Origin: Lepidodermella squamata
Lineage: Eukaryota > Animalia > Gastrotricha
Assembly (NCBI GenBank): GCA_047495785.1
Contig: JBLDXI010000017.1
Span: 1,240,001 to 1,304,000 of the forward strand
Direction: 5' to 3'
DNA: 64,000 nucleotides
The notes below the pieces were generated by a model. That model searched no databases. It was given only the letters and a program-made list of their open reading frames with translations, and was not told where the DNA came from. Within the stretch, counting starts at the first letter, position 1. The number at the start of each line of letters is the position of its first letter. Shown in pieces: positions 24,996 to 37,963 of this stretch. Position numbers and translations under genes: made by a program.

Positions 24996-26470
24996 TTACT
25001 TTGAGCAGCATTTGTCAAAGCCGCCGCAAAAGTAAACGATACCCAGAATAATTAGAACCCACAAAATCGAGCCAGAAACGATAATCCAAGGCAGGTCGTT
25101 GTAGGTCGGCCCGAACTCAGGTGGGCCATCAGCCGCCGCTTTAGCCTCGCCGCTTTTCGGGGCCGTCGCCTCGTGAACCGATTCGGGTTGAACAACTTCC
25201 GGAGGCGGGCGATTTTCCAGCTGTCGCAGTTTATTTGCCTGCTGATTTTGCGTCAAGCCGCTTTTAGGAGGTTCGCTAGCCACGCATCGGCCGGCTTTCG
25301 ACCAAGTTCCATTCGCTTGGCATGTTATGTATTCACTTCCTTGAGCGAGTCGATACCCATCGTTGCACTCAATTTGACGAACTGATCCAGGTGTCGCTTC
25401 GCCCGGCTTTACTGAACCATTCGAAATAGTCGGATTAGCTGCACAACCCTCATCTGAAAAATTTCGTTTAAATATCGAATAATCGATGTAAATATTTCTA
25501 CCTTGACTGAATTGCTTGACTGCTGCGGCTGCTTTGAAATTGAGGCTATCGTTAGGCGGCGGGATGTCGCTAACAACGTCTTGAATCCAGTTCGAAACAC
25601 GGCAAATTCGCCCGAAAACTAATGGCTTTTCAGGTTCGTGGCAAGCCGGAGCTCGATGGCTTGAAACCCCAATCAAATAATAGGACGTCGACCTGGAATC
25701 CTTACAAATCAAAGGATGCCCGGGCGTTTCGGCCAGGCAAGTTATTTCAGGATCAGCCACGCGACTAACGCATAGTTTTTGATAGTCACTCGCCCTTTTC
25801 CCGCCATCGCACGTGTTGAACGGTTGGAAATTAACGGGCGATTTTTTCAGAATTTTCGCCGCGGTTTGCACGCCATCTGTCGCGAGAGCAATAGCGTTGG
25901 AACACGAGGCGGCTTGGTGCTGTTGTTGTTGGCAAATCGCTTGGTTCGGCATTAGAAGGGGCTGAACTTTCGCGAGAGATTTCGGTAGTTTGATCAGTGC
26001 GAAATCGTAATTATCTCCGACTAGACTTCGGCTCCGGCCGAAATCTGGGTGAATTGTGATTGAGGAAACGTTAACATTGATTCCGCTTTGACCAGTCTGG
26101 CCAGGAATTTTCACAGTCACTCTGGAACCAAATTGCTCGTATTAGCTTTAAATTGTATAATGAGGAGACTTACGTGTTAGCAGTCGATTTTCCCTTTCGG
26201 ATGCAATGACCTGCAGTAATTAGCCAGGTCGGTGAAATTGAGGTCGCACCGCATTCGAGCTTGGATGAATCCCCCTCAAAGCTGGTCGAAATGTCAACCT
26301 ATAAATAATTGGCAAATAATAATTCCTGCTATTTGAGGCAATTTTAACTATTTTACCAGCCAAGGAAACTCGTCGTGATCGATTGGTTGTAACCTGGTGG
26401 GTGATTCACCGGTCAAACACGTGCGGCCGGTCAATATAATACAAATCAGCAATGCTAGGTTTTTTCTCAT
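24996..26470 (-). CDS. Array gene K (divergent member): inactive trypsin-like domain + Sushi + stalk + TM
   Basis: Signal MRKNLALLICIILTG; DEFPWL; WLITAGHC; NYDFALI; ETPGHPLIC (Ser>Pro); Sushi CAANPTISNG..CNDGY..CQANGTW; TM LPWIIVSGSILWVLIILGIVYFC; ends DKCCSK*. Confidence 0.8.
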
Positions 26471-27195
26471 ATTTTATTGATGAGATTGGATACTTGGAGG
26501 ATTTTATTTTAAAAAATGCAAAAATGGTCGCAAAATGTGCGGTCGAATGCAATTGTTTACAAGCAGGTGTTCATAAATACCTGAGAAGTAACATAACGGC
26601 CTCCACGGTAATTTTTGTATCATTTTCTCGCATTGTTAAACCGATGTTTACCACGCGGTTTTTGTCACAATAGTGTGCCGATAAAAATTGGCTTGAATTA
26701 CTTGCAGATATTATTCATCAATTCCGTTCCATTTTTAAAAATCAGGGTTAAAACATTAATCATCAAGCGATCTTCATGAAGCGAATGCGGAAATCTTGAA
26801 GCTTCGGTAATTTCTAGGAAATCGTTTTTTTACCGCCAACCTATTTGGTATCCTGTATAAATAATAAAACGCATGCGTTTTGTTATTATACGTGTCTTAT
26901 TTTCGATTTTTTTTCTCCCTCGTGTACGTATCGTAAACGGCCGTCGCGTAGTAGCCAAGCACGTGTGAGGAAATTTTGATTTTTCCCTCTTTCTTTTATG
27001 CGGCATCAAATCGCCGTAGAACAAGACGTGGATACACTTCACAGTTTTACGCGTTTGCTCTCTTAATATTACGACTTCATTTCCGGGTTGGTCTTAACTT
27101 CAAAAAAGGCCGTAAAAATCAAGTGGTTTGTTCTCTTATAGGGCAAAAAAAATCAGTTTGCGATAATATTTTTTGGAATTTTCGTAGAAATAAAA

Positions 27196-29479
27196 ATGTT
27201 CCCGACCTTGTACACGCGGTTTGAAGACTGCGCAGATAGCCGCTGCGAAACCTCACCAGCTTCGTCCGGCTATGAAAGCCTGTCAAGTGAATCATCTTCT
27301 ATTGACCTGCACAATGCGAAGAAATACACGTTTCCGAATCACAATTGCTCGCGGTTCAGGAACCTTGTCATCAAAATGGCCAATCCAATTGCACCGGACA
27401 TGTTTTTGCCGAACTCAACTTATCGCCACCGATTCGCAGAACCCGAGCGGAGTGATTCATCGGAAGAAAATGTTGAAAAGCCGTGGGTGCCGTGGTGGTC
27501 GAAAAGAGGCGCGCGCAGTCGACTTCAGTCTAAGGCTGAAATTTCGAGAAAAGTAACTATCAAATTTGGAGAGGACGGCGAAGAGGAGGAAGATGGCGGC
27601 TATGTGGCGACTATTGATGAGTCAAAAATTGAGCAGAAAGCCCCGGTTGATATCAGCGAAAATAACGACCCCGATCCGCCTGTTCCAGGGCCCAATGAGA
27701 TCGAAATAGCCCTACTGCCTCCACCAATAAGCCCTGTCTCTTTTTCAAGGCCGTTATCAACCCGAGATAGAAGTGCTAGATCGGCAGAATCGAGATCTGG
27801 AGCGGTAGTGGCGAACCTGGAAGAAACCCCGATTATCAACGCAAAAATCAAGAAGAAAAATACGAAAGCCTCGAAACCAACCCCAATCGAAAGTTCTACG
27901 ACTAAATTGCCTGTTTTGAAATCGAAAGAGGTTGAGGTCCACAAGGAGAAGCCAGTCATCAACTTTCCGGCTCGGTTGTACCAATCAAAGGGCAAAAATT
28001 ACAAACAGTTCGGCCGGTATCAGAAACATTCGAAAGTTGAAGTTTCTAGTACGTCGAATTACGAGCAAGACAGCGATGTTATGGCCGATCACGGGTCGGT
28101 TTTGGACTCGATTCTGACTGATGAAGAAGAAAATGGTCTAGATAATTTGGCGGTTCCGAATGAAGAGCCTTTGACGAGTACGCCGCTTCATGGCAGTCGC
28201 GCTTTATCGGCAAATGACGAAAATAAATCGGAACGAGTCGGCGAGGAGGATGATGACGATTACGTCAAAGAGTTCGAACGGATTGTTCATGAAAGTGGCG
28301 GCTTCACAATTTTTGGCCGAGGCCCAAATAGTCCTGGATTTATTTCAAAGTAAATTACTTCGATTTTCCTGGATTTTTTTACGATAATTTCGTATTTTTC
28401 AGGGGTAAGAATAATCGACCTCTCACGGACCGGAATTCGACTACGCCCAACCTCGGAAGTGCCATTCAGAAAGTCGCGAAACACCAGGCTATCCTGAATG
28501 GTTCGCCGTTACCTGCTAAACCGACTCCACAGCCAAGCAAAAGCCCGGCGATAAGCTACAGTTTGCTGCCGCGAGATTTCAAACGCCACCAATTGCAGTC
28601 GAGGCTGAATCATATCAACAAAGACGCCGAGCCAAAAACTCCGCAGCCTAATATACCAAATTTAATCCTACCTCCATCCAATTCTGATCTCGATTCGGCT
28701 GCGGGTAGCATGGAAACTGCTGGAACCGGGGCGACTGTACCCAGCACTGATACCGGCATAGGTTCAGGCAGCATGGACCTTACCAAATTTCTTGATAAGC
28801 GGCTGATCCCGGGTTCAATCAAAAGCAGTACAAGTGGCGTGAGGAGTTACGAGTCAAGCTTCAGGAGTTTGATTCAAAAAACTGCCGGTCCGCCAGTTCC
28901 AGACGGTGGCAAAACTGCTGTCTCGGTTAGCGCCAATGCTGGCCAGAAATTCGATGAAAGTATTCGCATGAATGCGGCTGATATCAGCCTCCTTAACCAG
29001 CTCATTTCCAACTACACCAGGAGCACTAGTGAATTGATGAGCAAATCTAGAAATGACGGTAATTCAAGGAATTAATTTCTAGAATTTTCCAGAATTTGTT
29101 TTGTCTAGGTACTCTTCCTGCTTTGGCGGAGTCGGATCAGAAATCAGCTGGGCGAGAGACTTCGGCTTCGCAAGTTTTACCCGAAATTTCTGGCGAATTG
29201 AACGATGTCGCAAATGATTTCAACAACATGGTACAGCGAAATCGAGCCAAGGAAACGCGGTTTACGTTACCGAAATTCAACGGCGGAATTTCGTCCTGCG
29301 GCAGCTTCGGCCACTGTTTCACTGACTATCGATTGGGGGCTAATCTGACGACTCAACTCGCCCACCCCAACGGATTTCGATTTTCTTCTATCACCGAACA
29401 ACTGCTTTATTATTTCAAATTCACCGAGGAGAGGCGGATGCAAACAGAAACCGAGCGGCTACTTGAGTTGCGATCTTAG
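27196..29479 (+). CDS. Uncharacterised Ser/Glu/Pro-rich protein, 3 exons (27196-28349, 28403-29058, 29109-29479); paralog of the 497-2498 gene
   Basis: Three ORFs are joined by frame-consistent GT-AG introns; the APDMFLPNSTYR motif is present. Confidence 0.75.
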
Positions 29480-29607
29480 ATTTACTTTCATCTACTTTAG
29501 AAAATACTTCCCATTTTTTCAAACATCAACCATTATTTTTTTATTCAAACTGAAAGATTTTTGAGTTGTTAAAAGAAACAAAAAAATGACGAATAAATTG
29601 AGAATGT

Positions 29608-31928
29608 TAAATCGGCGGCAGGCCCATTGGGGCTGTAAGTGAAGTTGACGATTTTTTCGGGTCTTTCACCGTGTATTTGTCCCACTTTTTCTCCGGGTCG
29701 AACGGCTTCCATCGAGACGCCGGGAATATATGCTTATTCCGCTCGTACCAGCTTCGCAGGCAAACTTTACCGGCGTGCGATTCTTCTTTTTCAATTGAAT
29801 CCTCCTAAAAATTAGGAAAAAACGTGTAAAATCACGAAAATTAATCGCGGCAGAAACTCACCTTAATAAACATGAGCTACTATCAACCACAGGCGAATTT
29901 TGCCTGGTATGGCATCTACGATTTTCAATATTCGGGGAATCAACGCCATTCGATTGAGCGTGTTGAATTTGTTAATTCCTCCAACGCTCATTTCACGCCC
30001 GAGCGAACTTATGGAGTAATTTAATTGAAGATTGTTTCAAAAAGTCGAATTAGGAAAAATTAATTAGTCGAATTAGGAAACGAAAAATAAAGAAAATTCA
30101 CAATTTGGCGCGGTGATTCATTGCCATCAGTGATTATGCAAAAATATAACTCCACCTACTCTTCCATATTATTCAATGTTTGAATGCGGGTAGAGTATAT
30201 TGAGGTCAGTAGTGAGAGTTGGAGGAATTACTAAAAAGTCAACGCGCTCTATCGATCGGTATTAATTTCCACGAAAATCGAAGATACCATACCCATGATC
30301 ATACCAGGTGGAATTCGCCTGTGTTTGAAAATGGGTCAAAGCTACCTACCCGAGCACAGATACTTATGAATTTAAAACTTGGGAAAAAAGTTGATCATTG
30401 CGAGCTTAAATGCCATCTTGTTCTCTTGTAAAAACTTCAAACTTCTAGCACGAAAGATTGATTGTTTGTCCAAACATCCCTGACCAAACTTTAATTTTCC
30501 GCAAGGTGGCCAAGGTGAGCGGCCACCTTGCGGTTTGAAACTGTCGGATGAGGGTCTAATTTTGGACGCTGAACACGATGGAATCAAGCAATCTGGGATA
30601 CATTTTTTGAGAAATAATCAGCCATTATAGCATTTTTTCACCTTTAAACTTTGAACCCAATTTTCTCAGCAACCCTGATAGCTAGCAACCTATTTTTGAT
30701 ATCGTTCGACTTCTCGTTCATTGATCTTGAAAGCGGTATCAAAATCTCACGATTCTAAACATGTTGCCAAACCCCACTACTCACTTTTTAACGGTCAAAT
30801 TTGAAATTTCCTAGAACAAAAGCTATTAGCGACCAAGCGCTAATTTTTTCGCGATTATAAAGATAAAGAAGTGGCTCATTTTTCTACTAATCGGCATCGA
30901 AATCGAAGAGAGTGAAAATTATTTATGGCTAAATGAAAATGTCAAAAAAACGCCGATCAAAACAATGGGGATTTTCTCGGTTCAAAAATAATACTAGTTT
31001 TGCATTTTTTTAAGGCGCGCTTTTTGAAAATTAATTAAAATTCGTTGCCATTACGTATGTGCAAGTGTTCCCTCTGATCACTTCGTTCTCTATGATCAAC
31101 GCCAACCACTCGCAATTCGTTAAATTCAGCACGCAGGGCTTCAAGAGCTTTTTGAAGAAATTGCTGGATTGAAAAGCCTTTCTTGATTTTAACCGATCGA
31201 CGATGGCCGGAACCGTCCCAGTAACTGTAAGTGATCTCGACGTCCTCATTTTTGATCATTTCTTGCGTATGCCGCCATTCAGCCGCTAGTTTCTGACGAA
31301 GCTTTGCCTCTTGCTCTTCTCGCTCTCGATCCGGGAGGAAACTAGTATCGACCTCAGGGTTCATACCGAAGCGTTTCTTTTGAAATGCGGCCGGTTTGTT
31401 GGTTTCTTGGTGCTCTCCACTGCTAACACTTGTGAAGCTTTCGTTTTTCGCCTCCTGGCTTTCTTCACCTTGGCTAGACGTGGCCTTGTCTTGGCTAACT
31501 TCACCTGCTGCGACGGTAGATGGTGAGGTAACCGCCTCCGAAGAACTTTCCACGTCATCTGTCTCCTCGTCATCAAAAGCGAATGAAAGTTTTGATTTAT
31601 CGACTGCCTTTTTCTTTTTAGCCTCATTATCACTACCACCACCTTGTTGCTTTCTCCGTTCGGCCCTTTTCTCGGTTGATAAAGCCATTTCAAGGTCATG
31701 CTCTTTCAACGCCTTCTCCCGCTTAGCCCGCATTTGATCGAGAGTAAGTAAACCGACGGATTCATTGCGAATTTTTTCCTCAACAGAGTCATATTTCGCC
31801 GAAAACCGACCGTCAATTGAGTTGAATTTCGTCTCATCCGCAATTTTCTTCCGTTGAAAAGCAGCCTCTTCCTGTTCTTTCTGTCGCTTTCTTTGAAGCT
31901 GTAAAGCTCTAGCAGCGTCGTCACCCAT
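29608..31928 (-). pseudogene. FAM50: FAM50/XAP5 homolog, apparently disrupted
   Basis: The XAP5 motifs [31 protein letters not shown] and [13 protein letters not shown] are present. The conserved GVDQLMFIK is split by about 1.2 kb of inserted DNA. The last exon has an internal deletion and frameshift before [41 protein letters not shown]. Confidence 0.75.
29880..31092. mobile_element. About 1.2-kb non-coding insertion in the FAM50 coding exon; probable non-autonomous transposon debris
   Basis: It sits between GTTGATCA and GCTCATGTTTATTAAG of FAM50 (minus strand) and contains a diverged inverted repeat (about 29885-29995 versus 30213-30330). Confidence 0.55.
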
Positions 31929-32687
31929 GATTAAAACCCTATGATAACGCGAATAGGCAGCGATTTGTCGAATCGACCGTTGCCGATTTTTATACGCGAG
32001 CTTTCTGCCTGGTTCAACTCGTCCAGCGGTCCATTGAACAAGCCGCTTCCAAGCCACAACAGGACGAAAAACCTGCCCCTGGTGCAATACTAACCCGCCG
32101 TGAAATCGCGAAATTGTTGGACTTGCGAAAATCTGACGGCGATTTATCGGTTCTGAATGGCCTGGGCGAGTTGCTGCAGCCTGGATTTTCAGACCTGCTG
32201 GAACGCTGCCCACCTTAAAACTGAACAATTATATATTTATTGTCAGTAATTATTTCGGATATTTACGCCCAAAATTCTTAGTTTTTTTAGCTATTCCGAG
32301 TTCCGATTGGATTGATGAATAAATATATGTATCAATTATTTCCTTTGCTTCGGATCAACAAGTTTCAAGCCGAGTGAAGTTGCTATCGCTGCGCTTCGAG
32401 TAATTTTATCTTGTATTACCGTATTACACCACCTATCGTCTTTCACGTTCGATATACATCGGCAAATGTGGCGTCGATAATGAATAAAGCTGTTCTTACA
32501 CATGTTTTCCGTGTTGTTGTTGTTGGATTTCTTCATTGATAGCGTATATTCCTTTCTGATGAAAGCCTTATAACGTGGATATGCAAGATATACCTATCTC
32601 GTCTTATATTATATGGTGCCCCCGTTTCAGCTGACTAAAGACGCCGGCGCAGCTGAATAGCCCGCCCACGCATCTATTTACGTACCA

Positions 32688-32759
32688 TCCCTGATGGTCT
32701 AGTGGTTAGGATTCCGCGTTCTCACCGCGGCGGCCCGGGTTCGATTCCCGGTCAGGGAA
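32688..32759 (+). tRNA. tRNA-Glu(CTC)
   Basis: TCCCTGA/TCAGGGA acceptor stem, CCGCG-TT-CTC-AC-CGCGG anticodon arm, GGTTCGATTCC T-arm, downstream T-run. Confidence 0.97.
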
Positions 32760-32830
32760 CATTTTTCGTTGAAGGGTGGCACAATCTGATACTATTCATA
32801 GTAATTAATTCAAACTCAGATTGTATGTAA

Positions 32831-32902
32831 TCCTTGGTAGTATAGTGGTTAGTATCCCCGCCTGTCACGCGGGAGACCAGGGTTCGATTCCCTGCCAAGG
32901 AG
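32831..32902 (+). tRNA. tRNA-Asp(GTC)
   Basis: TCCTTGG/CCAAGGA acceptor stem, CCCGC-CT-GTC-AC-GCGGG anticodon arm, GGTTCGATTCC, downstream T-run. Confidence 0.97.
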
Positions 32903-33679
32903 CATCATTTTTCGTTTTTTTTTTATTTTTTTTTCATTTTTTTTATTGTCATGAATAAACTAATGATTTGACGGAAAAGATGACTGCTAACTTGAGAATG
33001 GCATCGCAAATTTTTTGAGTTATTAATTAAGATCATACTTCTTGGGATCATTGCAATACTATGCTCTGCCCCAACGTCAGCCTCATCTGACGACAAACCC
33101 AAACCGCGATGACGAGGCGTGGTGACTGGTCCTGAGCGCGAACTTGGCCTCACCTGGCCGGCATCAGCCGATCTTGTGGGCCGTTGATGAACGTTCCGGG
33201 CTGGTGGCTCTTTAATTAGGGCCACTTCCGGAGGGATCAGTCGCTTTCAGAGCGGCTTTTTAAAAACAAAAAATAATGTATCGTATTTATTCCAATATAT
33301 GAGGGGTGAACTGAGGGCCCAATTGAGGGGTGAAGTCGGTTCGATATAAGAGAAAATAAACAAAAAAATTTCGAAGTTTTAGTATAGCCCACGCTGCTAT
33401 AGCAACAAATAATACGGTAGTTAGAATTTTCAGTGCCAGTCGTCTAGTGAAAGTTATGAACTAGTAAAATTGACATGAACTAGTAAATTTTCGTTTCGAG
33501 CCAAAATTGTCACCTGCGTTGAAACTATTATTGCGCAAGCTGCCTAGCAAACATGTCTGAGAGGTGTAACCTAACGTCGTAATTCAGCTTACTTACTCAG
33601 CAACATGACTCCAGCATGACTATAAAAAGCCAGATCGACTCATAGCTGTCAGTTATTTTCACCACAAATTCTCTAAAAA

Positions 33680-34702
33680 ATGATTGTTGGTTATCTTGCA
33701 GTCGTAATCTCGGCGTTCGTTGCCGCATCTTGGGCCGAAAAGCCGCTGCCCGTCGTTATTTGGCATGGAATGGGCGATACCTGCTGCCTCAGTTTCAGCA
33801 TGGGCTGGATCAAGAAGACGATCGAACAGGCCGTCCCAGGCATCTATGTCACCTCGGTTCGTATCGGCGAAGACGAAAAGTCCGATTTCTATCACTCGTT
33901 CTTCTACGACGTCAACAAAATGATCGACGAGGTATTTTTTAATTTTTTCATCGAAAAATCAATTATAGCCCGATTTCTTTATTTAAAGGTTTGTAAGCAG
34001 TTGAGTGAAGATGAGGCGATCAAGAATGCTGGTGGCTACAACGCGGTTGGATTCTCGCAAGGCGGTCAGTTTTTCCGCGCCGTCGCGCAACGCTGCCCGT
34101 CGCCACGCATGAACAACCTGATCACAATTGGCGGCCAGCACCAGGGCGTCTTCGGCCTGCCGAAATGCCCCGGCGTCGAGAGCAAGCTGTGCGACTACGC
34201 CCGGGTGATGCTCGACATGGGCGCCTACCTGCCGTTCGTTCAAAACGCCGTCGTCCAAGCTCAATACTGGCACGACCCGATCGATGAACAGAACTACGTG
34301 AAGCATAGCACGTTTTTGGCCGACATCAACCAGGAACGAGCGTTCAATGGGGACTACAAGAAAAATTTGTTGCAAGTCAAAAATTTCGTCATGGTCAAAT
34401 TCCTGCGCGACTCGATGGTTCAGCCGACCGAGACGGAGTGGTTCGGATTCTACAAACCTGGCCAGGACAAGGAGGTCTACAACTACACGGCAAGCGCAAT
34501 TTACAAAGAGGTGATTTCTCTTTTTTTTTATCAATTTTTTCCTAATTTTTTTTATTTTTTTCAGGATAAATTGGGTCTTCGCCAAATGGACAAGGAAGGC
34601 CGGTTGCATTTCTACAAGGTCGACGACGATCACCTGCGCATGTCAGACGAATTTTTTGTTAAAAACATTGTGAACAACTACCTTGTCGATAATAGCGCGT
34701 AA
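33680..34702 (+). CDS. PPT1: Palmitoyl-protein thioesterase 1 (introns 33932-33988 and 34511-34564)
   Basis: Signal peptide; PLPVVIWHGMGD, GFSQGGQFFRAVAQRCP (nucleophile Ser), GGQHQGVFGLPKC, QAQYWHDP, FLADINQE. TATAAAA lies at 33621. Confidence 0.95.
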   Translation: MIVGYLAVVISAFVAASWAEKPLPVVIWHGMGDTCCLSFSMGWIKKTIEQAVPGIYVTSVRIGEDEKSDFYHSFFYDVNKMIDEVFFNFFIEKSIIARFLYLKVCKQLSEDEAIKNAGGYNAVGFSQGGQFFRAVAQRCPSPRMNNLITIGGQHQGVFGLPKCPGVESKLCDYARVMLDMGAYLPFVQNAVVQAQYWHDPIDEQNYVKHSTFLADINQERAFNGDYKKNLLQVKNFVMVKFLRDSMVQPTETEWFGFYKPGQDKEVYNYTASAIYKEVISLFFYQFFPNFFYFFQDKLGLRQMDKEGRLHFYKVDDDHLRMSDEFFVKNIVNNYLVDNSA

Positions 34703-36342
34703 ATTTTTGTTATTCTCAGAAAAAAAATCAGAATTTGTTTGAATAAAAAGTTTCTGCAATTGCATGACCTTTTTTATTGCCACATTACTCACGTTCCATT
34801 CATTTTTTCGCGGCGTGCCAATTTCAGTGATTCATTAGATGATTCATGACATCGAGTTAAAAAATAACTAGCGATAAATGAGGTATGCTGAGAAGTGAGG
34901 AGTGGAGCGGCGGCATGAACGCGTGACAATTACGCTTTGCCGGTAATTACCGCAAGTCGCCGTTACACTTGGCTGGTAAGCGGGCAAATACGCCGTAATA
35001 ATCTGAGCCGGGTAAATATTATGACCATAAATAGTTGCTGTTTATATGAGCAGCGACGAGACGAGACACCCAAAACAGCGTGTAAAATGCAAATGAGGAA
35101 CAATAATAATTGTAACGCTTCACCAATTTTCGCCCGAGAGTCAACAACTTTGATGCACCGAAAAAACTCGTCGTTTTGCGTCAGATCAGTTTTTATTTTT
35201 GAATTTTTCAAAGGCAAACATCAGCGTTTTGACGTTGCGTTGACTTGTCGTGCACACGGCCGTTGAAGTAGAAGTTGAATTTTTTTTCAAATATCATCGG
35301 CAATCATCAAACACATTAAATAATAATTTTCATGAAGCAAGCAAAAGATGGCATGAATTTCGTCATCACTGTCTTATTTTACTTATCTTATCATGCAACG
35401 ATGATTTCATTTGAAAAAGTTTTCCATGATGTTGATGTTGTTGGCGCTAGAACACACACGAGTTTGAATTTTTTTCTTCCTTTGATGATGAATAAAGCAC
35501 CAGAATGAGCGTGAAGACAAACGCGCCGGTCGGTCGGCGCCGGTTCACAAGTTTTTTCCGCGTTTTGTTTTTCATTCGACAATAATAAAATTTTCATTCT
35601 CCGACAAGTGAGATGGGGAGATATTAGGAAGAGGCGCCTTCACCACACACCACATGCTTTTCTCATTAATTATTTTCTTACAAGTAAAATCAACTAGCTG
35701 ATGTTGCACATCGTTCAATCGAAAATAATGAGAAAACACACGTAATACGATGAGAGAGAGAAAAAAACACGTACACGTCAAGTGGCAGTATTTTCTTTTA
35801 TCGCTGAGTCGTCTTCGTCAACATAAAATTTGCGCCGAATGATTTCAGATAGAGAAACAACAGATGTTCGATATCAATGAGCACATTTTTTCTCTATATA
35901 GTCATCTCGCAGTCCATATAGCTGAAAATTTCCTATCATCGAAATGAAAAGTTGAGGAGTAAAAAACGAGGCGAACAACGACGAGACCGGCTGCGCATTT
36001 GTCATCATTCGACTCGAAGTTTTTCATCATACTCTCAGATCCTGAGGAGCCTGAAGGGCAGCAAAAAGCATTCAACGCAGTCTCAATTCAATCCAAACTA
36101 TGGCATTGTTTAATTAGATTAGATAATACGTAGCAGTAGCAAACATTGTGTTTCCAGTGAATATGAATTATATAATAATTCGAATAAGAACCGAAGTTAC
36201 AAAGATGTAATAGCAATATGAATATGAATAATAACGATAAGATTTTTTCGAAGTGTTTACGTGATTTAGATTCTATTTTTTCTTCCGGTGTCAGGACGGC
36301 TGTCTTGATGCGATGTTCGATGCAATGATGGTCTGTAGGCGT

Positions 36343-37618
<1,276 letters not shown>

Positions 37619-37920
37619 TTAAAACACAACGAGAGCTATTCAAATAAAAACGCAATTAAAAACAATCGTAGCAAGCTAAATTGAGCTAAATTCAGCTGGT
37701 ATTTGATATTAAGATGGGCTTTCTAAAAATAGCTAACACCTTTTCAAGACCAGGTATTCTGACTTAGTGACTTTGGGTTAGGGAAGGGAGGGGATTTCTT
37801 TGTTTTATTATTGATGAAGAGTGAAGAAGCACAGTCAGCCTAAGGCCTAAAGAGTATGGTTGAGAGAAAATATGGAGCGAGATAAACAGAGGCCTGCGAT
37901 TTAGCGCGAAACGAGCATTT

Positions 37921-37963
37921 CCATATATGGGCAAAACGCTCGCTCGCTCATGCCCATATATGG
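37921..37963. promoter_or_regulatory. Two CArG boxes (CCATATATGG at 37921-37930 and 37954-37963) upstream of actin
   Basis: Both are perfect CC(A/T)6GG matches; SRF sites are typical of actin promoters. Confidence 0.8.

Noticed and set aside
31929-32228. 100-aa N-terminal extension of the FAM50 ORF
   Set aside because: It begins at a non-ATG codon, and homology starts at MGDDAARA (31928).
33680-34702. Functional link between PPT1 and the Cys-rich (palmitoylatable) tails of the array
   Set aside because: Only proximity supports it. PPT1 is a lysosomal housekeeping enzyme separated from the array by unrelated genes.
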